Shown: piece after piece, positions 51,401 through 62,769 of the stretch
Position numbering within the stretch: position 1 is the first letter of the stretch
How the letters are laid out: each line of letters begins with the position of its first letter
NCBI RefSeq assembly: GCF_004010195.1
Contig: NC_057728.1
Location: 51,670,552-51,734,551 of the forward strand
DNA length: 64,000 nt
Direction of reading: 5' to 3'
From: Chiloscyllium plagiosum
Lineage: Eukaryota
Notes under the pieces: generated by a model
Database searches by the model: none
What the model saw: the letters and a program-made list of their open reading frames with translations, nothing else
What the model was told of the DNA's origin: nothing
Program-made: the position numbers and the translations under genes

Positions 51401-51545
51401 TTGATTGCTTATTAAAGTACACTGGCTATGGTAATGCTGCGGGGCTACTTGCTGCACACGGGCTACTGGCTGGAGGGAGAGGCGATGGTCAGTATTCTGA
51501 AGATGAGGACACTGATACCGAAGAATACAAAAGTGTCAAATCTTT
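51401..51545 (+). CDS. RIC8B: Ric-8 coding exon (exon 8 equivalent): (V)[47 protein letters not shown](F)
   Basis: ttccag acceptor and gtaagt donor; 145 nt, phase 1-2; signature [12 protein letters not shown] and the acidic CK2 phosphosite motif [12 protein letters not shown]. Confidence 0.96.
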
Positions 51546-51633
51546 GTAAGTTTCTTCTCAAACTGGCACGATAATGTAAGTACTTTGAAGCCTTTGTGCT
51601 TGCAATATAAAGAGGACTGGTGGCTGGCACATC

Positions 51634-52840
51634 CATAGAGTCATAGAGCTGTACAGCACGGAAACAGACTCTTCGGTCCAAACCGTCCATGCCGACCAGA
51701 TATCCCAACCCAAACTAGTCCCACCAACCAGCACTGGGCCCATATCCCTCCAAACCCTTCCTATTCATATATCCATCCGAATGCCTCTTAAATGTTGCAA
51801 TTGTACCAGCCTCCACCACTTCCTCTGGCAGCTCATTCCATACACGTACCACCCTCTGCGTGAAAAAGTTGCCCCTTAGGTCTCTTTTATTTCNNNNNNN
51901 NNNNNNNNNNNNNNNNNNNNNNNNNNNNNNNNNNNNNNNNNNNNNNNNNNNNNNNNNNNNNNNNNNNNNNNNNNNNNNNNNNNNNNNNNNNNNNNNNNNN
52001 NNNNNNNNNNNNNNNNNNNNNNNNNNNNNNNNNNNNNNNNNNNNNNNNNNNNNNNNNNNNNNNNNNNNNNNNNNNNNNNNNNNNNNNNNNNNNNNNNNNN
52101 NNNNNNNNNNNNNNNNNNNNNNNNNNNNNNNNNNNNNNNNNNNNNNNNNNNNNNNNNNNNNNNNNNNNNNNNNNNNNNNNNNNNNNNNNNCATTGGCCCA
52201 TCTGGTCAAGATCCTGTTGTATTCTGAGGTAACCCTCTTCGCTGTGCACTACACCTCCAATTTTGGTGTCATCTGCAAACTTACTAACTGTACCTCTTAT
52301 GCTCGCATCCAAATCATTTATGTAAATGACAAAAAGTAGAGGACCCAGCACCGATCCTTGTGGCACTCCACTGGTCACAGGCCTCCAGTCTGAGAAACAA
52401 CCCTCCACCACCACCCTCTGCCTCTACCTTTGAGCCAGTTCTGTATCCAAATGGCTAGTTCTCCCTGTATTCTGTGAGATCTGACCTTGCTAACCAGCCT
52501 CCCTTGCTAACCTTGTTGAACTCCTTACTGAAGTCCATATAGATCACATCTACTGCTCTGCCCTCATTAATCCTCTTTGTTACTTCTTCAAAAACCTCAA
52601 TCAAGTTTGTGAGACATGATTTCCCATGTACAAAGCCATGTTGACTATCCCTAATCAGTCCTTGCCTTTCCAAATACATGTACATCCTGTCCCTCAGGAT
52701 TTCCTCCAACAACTTGCCCACCACTGACATCAGATTCACTGGCCTATAGTTCCCTGGCTTGTCCTTCCCACCCTTCTTAAACAGTGGCACCACGTTAGCC
52801 AACCTCCAGTCTTCCGGCACCTCACCTGTGACTATCGATG
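51634..52840 (-). mobile_element. Young CR1/HER1-like LINE (RT and 3' end) in a Ric-8 intron, containing a 297-N gap (51894-52190)
   Basis: PEDWRLANVVPLFKKG..PGNYRPV..QHGF..SCLTNL..VDVIYMDFSK; VTSGVPQGSVLGPLLFVIYINDL..KFADDTK. Confidence 0.93.
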
Positions 52841-52994
52841 ACTATCCAGAAGAAAGTGGATGAAGATATCAACAGGGGAGGGAGCTGTTTTATTTCTGCT
52901 GCCGTTTTAAGAAAATTAACTCTTGTGTTATTTGGAATCAAGTGCATGTAATGTCAGTTTGCTAGGTGGTGACTGTTTATCATTTGATTTCCAG

Positions 52995-53114
52995 TATTAA
53001 CCCCATCACTGGTCATGTGGAAGATCCAATGCCCAATCCAATGGATGGAATGACAGAGGAACAAAAAGAGTATGAAGCGATGAAACTCGTCAATATGTTT
53101 GACAAGCTGTCCAG
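52995..53114 (+). CDS. RIC8B: Ric-8 coding exon (exon 9 equivalent): (F)[39 protein letters not shown](R)
   Basis: ttccag acceptor and gtaacg donor; 120 nt, phase 2-2; [16 protein letters not shown] is conserved and B-like. Confidence 0.95.
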
Positions 53115-53819
53115 GTAACGTGATCATTTCTTCCTGATATTGCTGCTTATAACACAAGGCAATATCAGGTTTCATTAGTGGGTAAAAACCTAGTATCGGG
53201 GGACAGAGTTTAAAAATTAATGGGTATGCCATTTAAGATGGAAACAAGAAACGTTTTTTTGAGGGTCAAGTGTTTTTGTAACTCTCTTCACCAGAGAGTA
53301 GTGAAGTGGGATCATTGAGTATTTTTAAGGTAGAGGTAGACTGGCTCCTTTGTTAATCAAGAGTCTGTTGCTGTCAGGATAAGCAGGAATGTGGAGTTGA
53401 AGACGCAATCATGTAAGTCATATACTTATTAAACAACAGAACAGGCTTGATAAACTGAGTGGCCTACCATCATATCTTTGTATACATTATTTGATCAGCA
53501 ATATGCCTCCTATTCCAGTATTGAAAGCATATTTGTCAGACTTTACTTATTTTCCCACTAAGGTTTTGACCAGTATCATGTTCTCCTTTACCTGTTTACA
53601 CTCATTGCTCATATTTGCTGGACTGTATTTGGCTGTTTTCCTTGATTGTTATGATAGTCCAATGCAGTGCTATTTTTTTCTGGTGTGACCGTGTTTTCAT
53701 GCTTCAGACTTAGCGTCACCATGAGATGGTGAACCTTCAGTATTTGAACAGAGTTGGTTGGGGCTTGTTGAGTAGTGGTAACAAAGGTGAAAGAAATTAA
53801 GTATACTCCTGATCTCCGG

Positions 53820-54055
53820 CTCCATGCAAAACACCATCCCCATTCCAAAGATGTACAGATTGGGTGGATTGGCCATGCTAAATTGCCCATAGTGTCCCGG
53901 GATGGTAGTTTAGGTGAGTTAGCAATGGGAAGTGCAAGGTTCCAGGGATAGGGTAAAGGGGTGTGGGTCTGGGTGGGATACTCTTTGGAAGATCAGTATG
54001 GACACGATGGACCAAACAGCCTGCTTCCACATTGTAGGGATTCTATGATTCTATC
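53820..54055 (+). mobile_element. Partial HE1-like SINE
   Basis: ccaaagatgtacag..ggccatgctaaattgccc..gggattctatgattcta tail. Confidence 0.75.
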
Positions 54056-54474
54056 TGTCTATCCCTTCAGACACATCCCTCTCCATCTTGCCCTCCCTTA
54101 GCCAACCATTCTATCTCTTCCTCCTTAATCCGCAACCTGTCCATTTCTGTTGTGAGTCAGTTGATGAAAAGTTGCCCAGAATGAACATTTCATACTGACT
54201 TTCTCACAGCAGGAAATTGGGCATCGGTAACCAGGCAATTAGGCTACACACACCCAGTGGAAAAAACGATGAGCAATTCGAAAGCTGTCACAGCCATTAG
54301 AAATCAGTCCAAGTTCCACGGCAGCCATTGCTGTTTCGGTGCTCAGGACCCCAAAATCTTATATTGCAACCCCATTGGGTATCTCAACGCACATTTTGGG
54401 AAACAATGTTTCAACACAATTAATATAGACAACAGGTTTCCCTTTTATTTGGTCAAATCGACTTCGAACTTCTT

Positions 54475-54625
54475 AGCCTGCTTGGCACACCCTCCTCATT
54501 CCTGAAGAAGGGCTTATGCCCAAAACGTCGATTCTCCTGTTCCTTTGCTGCCTGACCTGCTGCGCTTTTCCAGCAACACATTTTTAAGCTCTGATCTCCA
54601 GCATCTGCAGTCCTCACTTTCTCCT
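54475..54625 (+). mobile_element. Single-arm Penelope family-A element, hammerhead core (54502-54529) with G12>A
   Basis: CTGAAGAagggcttatgcccAAAACGTC; TSD gaacttctt (54466-54474 / 54629-54637). Confidence 0.8.
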
Positions 54626-55974
54626 TCAGAACTTCTTTACCTATTTAGTACTAATACAGCTTGACTATGGGTGTGAGCAGGGGAGACTGAACTATTGGGT
54701 ACTTTCCTTTCGCTGAACATGTGGCTGCCTGGGAACGTTGTGAAGATGGTTTTGCCTCTGCCTCTGGTGGAGAGAGACAGCTGTTTGAATCTTGCTGTTA
54801 GCGGAACTTGGCTGATAACGATAAAACTTGTGTTTATTTAGCACCTTGAGCTGCTTAACCTTTTGATTTATCCATTTCATTCTGCCCAGTTAGTGAAGGA
54901 ACACTAACTACTGGGGAACAAATTGGTATTTTGTGAGACGTGAAATTGATTAGGCGTTGTGGAAAGATAAAATTAAAGCGAGCAGAGGAGGCTCAAAGAT
55001 TGCTGCAGGAATTGAGGAAATAGCAAGAACCGCCAGAGTAACTGCAAAAAGGCAGCAATGGCAGGAAAGGAGTTACATAGCCCTTTTCCTGGCACATATC
55101 AGGTACTTGACTCCAGTGGATCACTTTCTGAAAAGCAAACACCATTTAAACATAGTATGGAGAAAATAATGACATATAAAGGGATTACAGACCTGGAGAG
55201 ACAATGATAGGACTTGGGGTGCAACAGAATGAGAGAGTGCCAGTATGGATACTATAACTGATTCTATGATTCCATGTGGACAGTGGGGAGAAGAGAGTGA
55301 GATTCCACCCTCGGGTGACTGTCTCTGTCTCTGTCTCTGTGAAGTCTGCACATTCTCCCCGTGTCTGTGTGGGTTTCCTCCCATGGTCCAGAGATGGATT
55401 AGCCATGCGAAATGCAGGGTTACGTGGATATGGTTCCAGGTTGGGATGCTCTTTGTGAGGTCAGTTGGACTTGATGGGCCGAATGGCCTGCTTCCACACT
55501 GTTAAGGATTCTGTTCTATTCTATTCTAATGCTGCAGAAGGTCATCAGATGGGTGAAGTGAATAACACAGGCTGTTGCTTCTTTTAAGAACCCAGTTGAG
55601 GAGCTGGATTTCAGTAACATTGAATAATTCAAGTGAATCTTGCACTCATTCTTGGAAGACAGTAACTCATTCTTGGAAGGCAGTAAATCAGTTAATCTAT
55701 AGAAAAGGTGAAGAGTCCAAATTGCATCATTCATAGTCAATTTTAAGGACCTTGCAAAGGGATCTGTGCCAAGAACAGCCAGGAATATACATGCTAAATT
55801 CATGCCTGGATATTGTAACTTGAAGTACAGGAAGCCAGAGTGGGTGTAACCCATTTTAGACAATCCCAGTAGGAGATTTTAAATGCTTCAAGTACAATTG
55901 ATTTTGTGTATTCTGAATTATGGTCAGATCTATTTTAATTTCTGTCACATTGTTATCAGAGCTCAATTTAAACC

Positions 55975-56305
55975 CATGCCTCACAGCACCAGGGATTCAG
56001 GTTCAAGTCTAGCCTCAAGTAACTGTCTATGTGGAGTTTGCACATTTTCCGCATGTTTATGTGGGTTTTCTCTGGGTGCTCTGGTTTCCACCCATGATCT
56101 AAAGATGTGCAGTTCAGGTGAATTGTCCATGCTAAATTGCCCATAGCATTCAGTGATGTGCAGGTTTAGGTGCATTAGTCAGGGATAAATCTAGGGTAAT
56201 AAGGTAGGATAATCGGTCTGAGTGGGTTACTCTTCAGTTGGTGAGGACTTGTTGGGCCGAAAGGCCTGTTAACACTCTCACTCAAGCGATTCTATGATTG
56301 TATGA
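55975..56305 (+). mobile_element. HE1-like V-SINE (a more degenerate copy lies at about 55290-55520)
   Basis: tgcctcacagcaccaggga head, V-domain, tail. Confidence 0.8.
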
Positions 56306-58519
56306 TTCAAATTCAAACTGTTGGATAAATGTTTGAAAAATATGCAGGACTATGAAGAATGTGTAGTACAGTGCATTTGGTTTTGAATTGCTCTAGTGAA
56401 GAGCTTGTACAACACATGGGCCAAATACCTTCCTCCTGATTGGCAAACATTCCAGCTTCATTAATGCAATCTGTTAATCAGTAATGAAATTCTTGTCACC
56501 TTCCATCACCACAATTCCCAAACATTGTGCATAAAACTTAACATCATTTGACTAAACTTGATTTTGAAATACTTCTGTGATCTGGCTAATTTCACCCTTC
56601 CTCTTTGTTTAAGAAGTACTTCACACTGATTACTTTGTCCAATTTCATACGATAATGCTGAATGTTCAGCTTATTTTAGTTGGTGATAATGTATAGAAAG
56701 TAGGGGAGAGCCTGTCTTGAATGTGGAAAAAAAGTTTTAGTAAGTGCGATAAATACTAAATCTAAGATAGTTGAGCGTCTATTTGCACATAAAAATACTT
56801 AAGTTCTTTTTGTGTTTTGCCATTTTTAATAACTACTCACAAGGTAACATCTTACAAACATTAGCAGCAAATGCACGCAACATCAATCAGTAACGATAAA
56901 ATGGCAGGTTACTGTTTTGGGTGAGTCCCTTTAGTCAGAAGTCAAGCAATTTGGTTTTTTCTGTTTTCTATTGATCAAATATGACCTCTTGACATTTTGT
57001 TGCAATAATGAGAGGGATGGGGCTACTTAGTACCTTGAGCCTGTTCTGCGATTTAAATTAAACCCTGGCTAATATGTACACTAACTCCCTCTAACCATCT
57101 TTGCCCCATACCCCTTAATACATTTGACTAACAAAAATCTGTCGTAATTTTAAAATTAATAATACATCAGAATGATTCCTTGCCAACCTACTCCCCAAGA
57201 CTGGAATGTCTATAAATTAGTGCGGACCAATTAACTTCAGCCAGACATAGGATGGAAACCCGCACAAAGGTTAGAGCTGAGAGGATATAGCAGAACCTGT
57301 ACTACTGTCGACTGCTCTCATTATGAGCACTGGTTTAATTAACAGATCATTGAGGCCGACAGTACAGCTTTGAGTTTTTCTTTCTTCAGAATCCATCTCA
57401 CAGTTGATGCCTCATGAAAAGGTCGCAACTATTGTGTGGCACTCAATTAGAGAAAGATGAACAAGTCCCTCCAACACTAACCAAAGTGTTTTACCCAGGG
57501 AGAGTGGGGTTCTGCTTTGTTAAGTTGGCAAAGGTACGAATGGCATAATTAATTCCAGGTATTGGTACTGACAAACGTACAACAGACCAGAAAGATTGTG
57601 GTACAAAAGATCTAACTCATAGTCATAATCAAACTAAATGGCAATGCGAAGATGTAACCTGCATCAGTGAAAAGGGTTCTCGGGAAACCTGAAGGCGCAG
57701 ATAGGAATGCAAGCATCCAGCTCCTTAATTGAGACTCCTTTCCACAAAGCCACTCTAAAGATGATGTTTTATTTATACTGAATAATTAGCAAACTGAACT
57801 GGAATGTGATGCTGGTGGCTATATCAGAGGCAGGCTGTAGGGTGTTTGTTCTTATTTCTCAGGATGTTGGTGCCTTTTTCTACCTTCTAACAGATCAGGT
57901 TTATATGTCAGTACTGTTTGAAATAAATGCATTCACATTCAGAATTACAAATCATGTAAATGTCAGTCTGATGGCCAGCTTCTGTGTTCATCCAGTTTAC
58001 ACACATTCCCAGAGTTTTTGACAGTGATAATTCACAACTCTGTTGACTATATTGGACTGCATAAAATAATCGCCTTAATTAAATCTCTTAATCAATTCAC
58101 CTAACAAAACATTGTATTTATGCTTTCAACTATGTAAAACATTCCATGGCACTTCACAAATGTTACTGAATAGAAGTTAACTCTGAGGCATGTAAGGTGA
58201 GACTGAGACAAATGACCCAAAGTTCCATCAAAGTGGTAATTTTTAAAGAGTTTCTTTACAAAGGTGTAGGGAGGGAATTCTGGATCTTAGGGTGCTATTT
58301 ATTTTGGAGAATAAATGGGGGAATCAGTACAACCAGCAGTCAGTATAGGTCATTGAGCACAGGAATAATGGATGAATGAAACTTGAGATGAGCTAGTGTA
58401 TGGGCAGCAAAAGTTTTAGATGACCTCAAGTTTATGGAGGGTAGAAATTAGAATGTCAGCCAGGAGTTAATTAGAATTCCTAAATCTAGAGGTAACAAAG
58501 GCATGCAAGACTAATTTAT

Positions 58520-59765
58520 TTGTGATGTGTAGCAGTTGCCTATCCCTGACGCCTAGGTGATGAGTTGCCTTGTTGAACTGCCTCAGTCCTCTGAGTCATT
58601 GTACACCTATGATATTTATAGTAAGGGATTTTGACTAACCACAATGAGGAATGATGGTATATTTCCACATCAAGTTGGCTTAGAGGGAATTTGCCCTTGC
58701 TAGTGTTTCCATGTGCATGCTACCCTTGACCTTCTAGTTGATAAGAGATTGTAGATTTGAAATGTGGTGTATTAGGGGCCTTAAGGAGCTACTGTTAATT
58801 ACAGACCCTTCTGCCACTGTGGTAAAGCGATGAATGGAGTATCAGTCAGGTGAACTATTTTCTTCTGGACGGTGCCGAGCTTCTTGAGTGTTGTTGAAAT
58901 TGCATCATTAAGGAAGTGGAGAATATATCATCAAACTCCTGACTTTTACCTTGCAGGTAATAAAGCTGCATGAGGGAGATAGGAAGTGAGTTACTTGCTT
59001 CAGAATTCCTGGCCTCTAACCCGCTTTTGTAGCCACAGTACTTGTATGGTTATCCAGTTGTTAACTCCCAGGGTGTTGATTGTGGGATTCAGTGATAATA
59101 ATACCATTAACTATCAATGATTTGGATTCTGTCTTGTTTGAGAGAGTCATTGCTCAGTACCTTTGCAGTACAAATATTGCTTGCCACTTATCAGCCCAAT
59201 CTTGGATGTTGTTCAGATCTTGATGCCTATGGAATGGACTTCTTCAGTATTTGGTGCTAAACATTGTGCAGTCATTGACAGAAATCCCCACTTCTGACTT
59301 GATGATGGAAGGAAGGTCGTTGATGAAGATTGTCGCTGTAGATGCTTGGACAGAGGAGAAGACCCTGAATAACTCTGCAGAGATATCCTGGGGCCGTGAT
59401 GACCGAATTTCACAACCACGACCACCTTTCTTTGAGCCAGGTTGGACTCCAAGCAGTGCAGAGTTTTCTCCATTTACTCCAGTTTTACAGGGAGTAGGAC
59501 GTCTTGGTTCGACACTTGGTCAAATGCTGCATTGATGTGAAGGATAGTCGGTGTCACATTGCTTATAGTGTTCAGCTTTATTGATCATGTTTGGGACAAG
59601 GCTGTAGTGGGGGCAGAAACCTGACGGAACCCAAACTGAATGTTAGTGAGGAGGTTACTGCTGAGTAAGTGCTGTTTTGTAGCACTGTTGATTACCCCTT
59701 CTGTTACTTCTCTGATGGTGAAGAGTATGCTAATAAGGTGATAATTACTGGGTTGGATTTATCCT
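58520..59765 (-). mobile_element. Second CR1/L2-group LINE family, about 1.2-kb degraded RT and 3' end
   Basis: Same family as 19235-19570 and 30150-30790; EKTLHCLESNLAQRKVVVVV remnant. Confidence 0.7.
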
Positions 59766-60249
59766 TTTTTTTTGTGTTGTTAAGTATCCTTTTTTTTTAA
59801 TTTTTCAAAATTATCTGCACTTTCAATGTCTTGCTAAGCAATGGCCTTGCAAATGGCTTAAGTAGCAGCTGTAATTGAAACTGACTTTGTGATCAAGGCC
59901 TTAAATTCACAAGCTCCCAAAATTAAGGTCTATCAGAAAGCCCAAACAAAGAAGTCCAGAGACCAACCTTGATTATTCCTTGGGCCTCATTGTCATTCTG
60001 GTGATCAATAGACAATTAGACTTTAAGATCTGACAGTGACTAGTCAAAGCCTAGCTAGTGGTATAAAGCGGCGACCCACAGATAAGCTGGGCAGGGGATA
60101 GTGGTAGAGGGAGAGTTGTTTAGGAGGAGGGCAGTGACATTTTTAAAAACTGCTTAGTTGAATTGGGATCTGAGGTCTCCAGTTGCATATTTAATGACCC
60201 AGGTTTAGCTTGACTGAACTATTTCCTTTGATTTAGCAACCCACGTAAG

Positions 60250-61700
60250 GCTGCTGGACCAGATAAATAAAGTGCTCAGAGGTTGCTCTGATGTATTGGT
60301 GATGTTCTCGTGGATATCTTCAGCATGTTCCTGAGTTGTGTCATAGTTCCAACATGCTTCAAGGCCGCTACCATCGTCCCCGTGCTGAAGAAGGCGTCAG
60401 CCCTGTTTCAACGGCTACCGCCCTGTTCTGCTTACACCCATCATCATGAAGTGCTCCGAGAGGCTCATGATAAGGCATATTAAGACCCTGCTGTGCCCTT
60501 CACTGGACAGCCTGCAATTCACATATCAACCCAACTGCTCAACAGATGATGCCATTTCTATCACCCTCCATCTGGCCCTCACCCACTTTGAAAAGAAGGG
60601 CACCCACGTCAAACTACTGTACATAGACTTCAGTTCTGCATTTAACACTATCATTCCTCAGCACCTGATTGGAAAGCTGAGTCTGCTGGGCCTAAATGCC
60701 TCCCTTTGTAACTGGATCCTGGATTTCCTGACTGGGAGACCTCAGTCAGTCCCAATTGGGAACGGTATCTCCAAAACCATCACACTGAGCACAGGGGCCC
60801 TTCCAGGGCTGTGTACTCAGTCCACAATGTTCACCTTGCTCACACACGACTGTGCAGCAATGCACAGGTCAAATCACATCAAGTTTGCTATGGTATGACT
60901 GTAGTGGGTCTCATCAGCACGAACGACAAGTCAGCATACAGAGAGGAGGTGCAGAGGGTAACGGACCAGTGCAGAGCCAACAACTTGTCTATGCTGGACA
61001 TCGACAGCTCCCTTGTGAGATCATGAAGAGCACCAAATTTCTTGGTGTCCATTTAGTACAGCATCTCACCTGGGCGATCAACGCCAGTTCCATAGGCAAG
61101 AAAACCCAGCAGTATCGCTAATTCTGCACAGACTGACGAAAGCTCACCTCCTACCTCCACATCCTCACCACATCCTACCCTAAGCTGCTGCATCACTGCC
61201 TGGTTCGGGAATCACACCATCTCAGACTGTAAGACCCTACAACGGATAGTGAGGACAGCTGAGAAGATCATCGGGGTCTCTCTTCCCTGCATTACAGACA
61301 TTTACATCACACGCTGCATCTGAAAGGCAGAGAGCATTGTGGAAGACCCCACACATCCCTCACTCAAACTCTTCTCCCTCCTGACATCTGGCAGAAGATA
61401 CCGGAGCATTCGGTTTCTCACTGCCAGACTGTGCAACAGTTTCTTCCCCCAAACCATCAGGCTCCTTAACACAATATGATTGGACTCTTTTCCCATCTGA
61501 AATCCTTCGTACAATCCTTTGAATTGCTGCTAGAAAAATATCTATTATTTGTCAATCTTTTATTGCCGTGTAACTTGCGTGTTTTGCAGTTTTTATGCAC
61601 TTTATGCCGTGTACGAGTGTGTAGCACTCTCTGTCGTGGAGGAACGCTGTCTCATTTTTGCTGTATCAGTTGTATATGGGTAGAAATGTCAAAAAAAAAA
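60250..61700 (+). mobile_element. Rex1/Babar-type LINE RT pseudogene
   Basis: [55 protein letters not shown]; frameshifts and stops follow. Confidence 0.9.
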
Positions 61701-62769
61701 AGCTTCTCACGCTCACACTCACTCTGTCACTGTCTGAATGTGGAGTTATGATCTGAAGTTAGAACTAGAGCCGCCTTGGGCCTTGTCAAGAAATCCTTCT
61801 TTAAGCAAAGAGTAGTGGAAATATTGAAAACTACCTCCCGTAAGGTTGTGGATGCTCGGGATCATTTGAAGACTTTAAAACAGATTGATCATTTCTATTG
61901 GTTAAACATCAAGGTTTATGGTGAAAGCTGAGAGAAACAGGGTTGATGCATAGACAGCTAGGATCTACTTGAATGGTAGGAATAGGCTTAATGAGCCAAA
62001 TGGCCTAACTGTTCCTCAATCAATGTTGTGATCAACCATTTTGTGTCTTTTGACTTAATTTAAATAGACATTCAATATGTAGCGTTCCAACCTGAACTGT
62101 GAAACCTGCACAAGCATCATTCCCCTTGACAGTTTACATTTACACCCTAGTGGCAGTCTGGCCAAGTCCCAGCTTGCTATTATGGAGCACTTTTCATTTG
62201 ACTTTTATACTGGTGAGTTCACAGATGTTGCAGTTGCTTCGGCTCTGAATGATTGTGTCCAGGTTTTGGGCAGTTCCTGGCAATAGCCCGATGGGACGCA
62301 GATGCAGAGTATTGTGGCGCCCCTGATGTAGAGCAGAAGAAACTGCACAGAAGCTACAGGCTCAAGCAAGCATCTTTCTTATTTTAAGTTCATGTAATGA
62401 TCTCTGCCTCAATAGCCACTCTTTCATCTCGTTTGTTATGGTTGGCTTGGGAAATGAAGGGATTAGAACTCATCCCAAGAAAAGTGAGATATGTAAGATC
62501 TGGTTCAGCACTATTATTTAAAGAAAAGGAACCGTGTTTAACCAATTTACTGGAGTTCTGAGGAAGTAAAGTGCTGTGAATAAAGGGGACCTGGTGGACA
62601 TACCATATGGGGGATTCCTGATTTATGGGTATCTGAGATACAAATGTGAACCCATACAGGGATGTAACTTTAAACAGCTCCTGAACAGCCACTTTATGCT
62701 GTCCTGCATTATATTTCACTTACGTACAATTTGACTTATAAATGGACGCAAGAACAGACCCATTTGCAA

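Noticed and set aside
62225..62332. RIC8B terminal exon (cccgatgggacg = PDGT)
   Set aside because: There is an in-frame TAG immediately upstream and no preceding PMG motif; likely a chance match.
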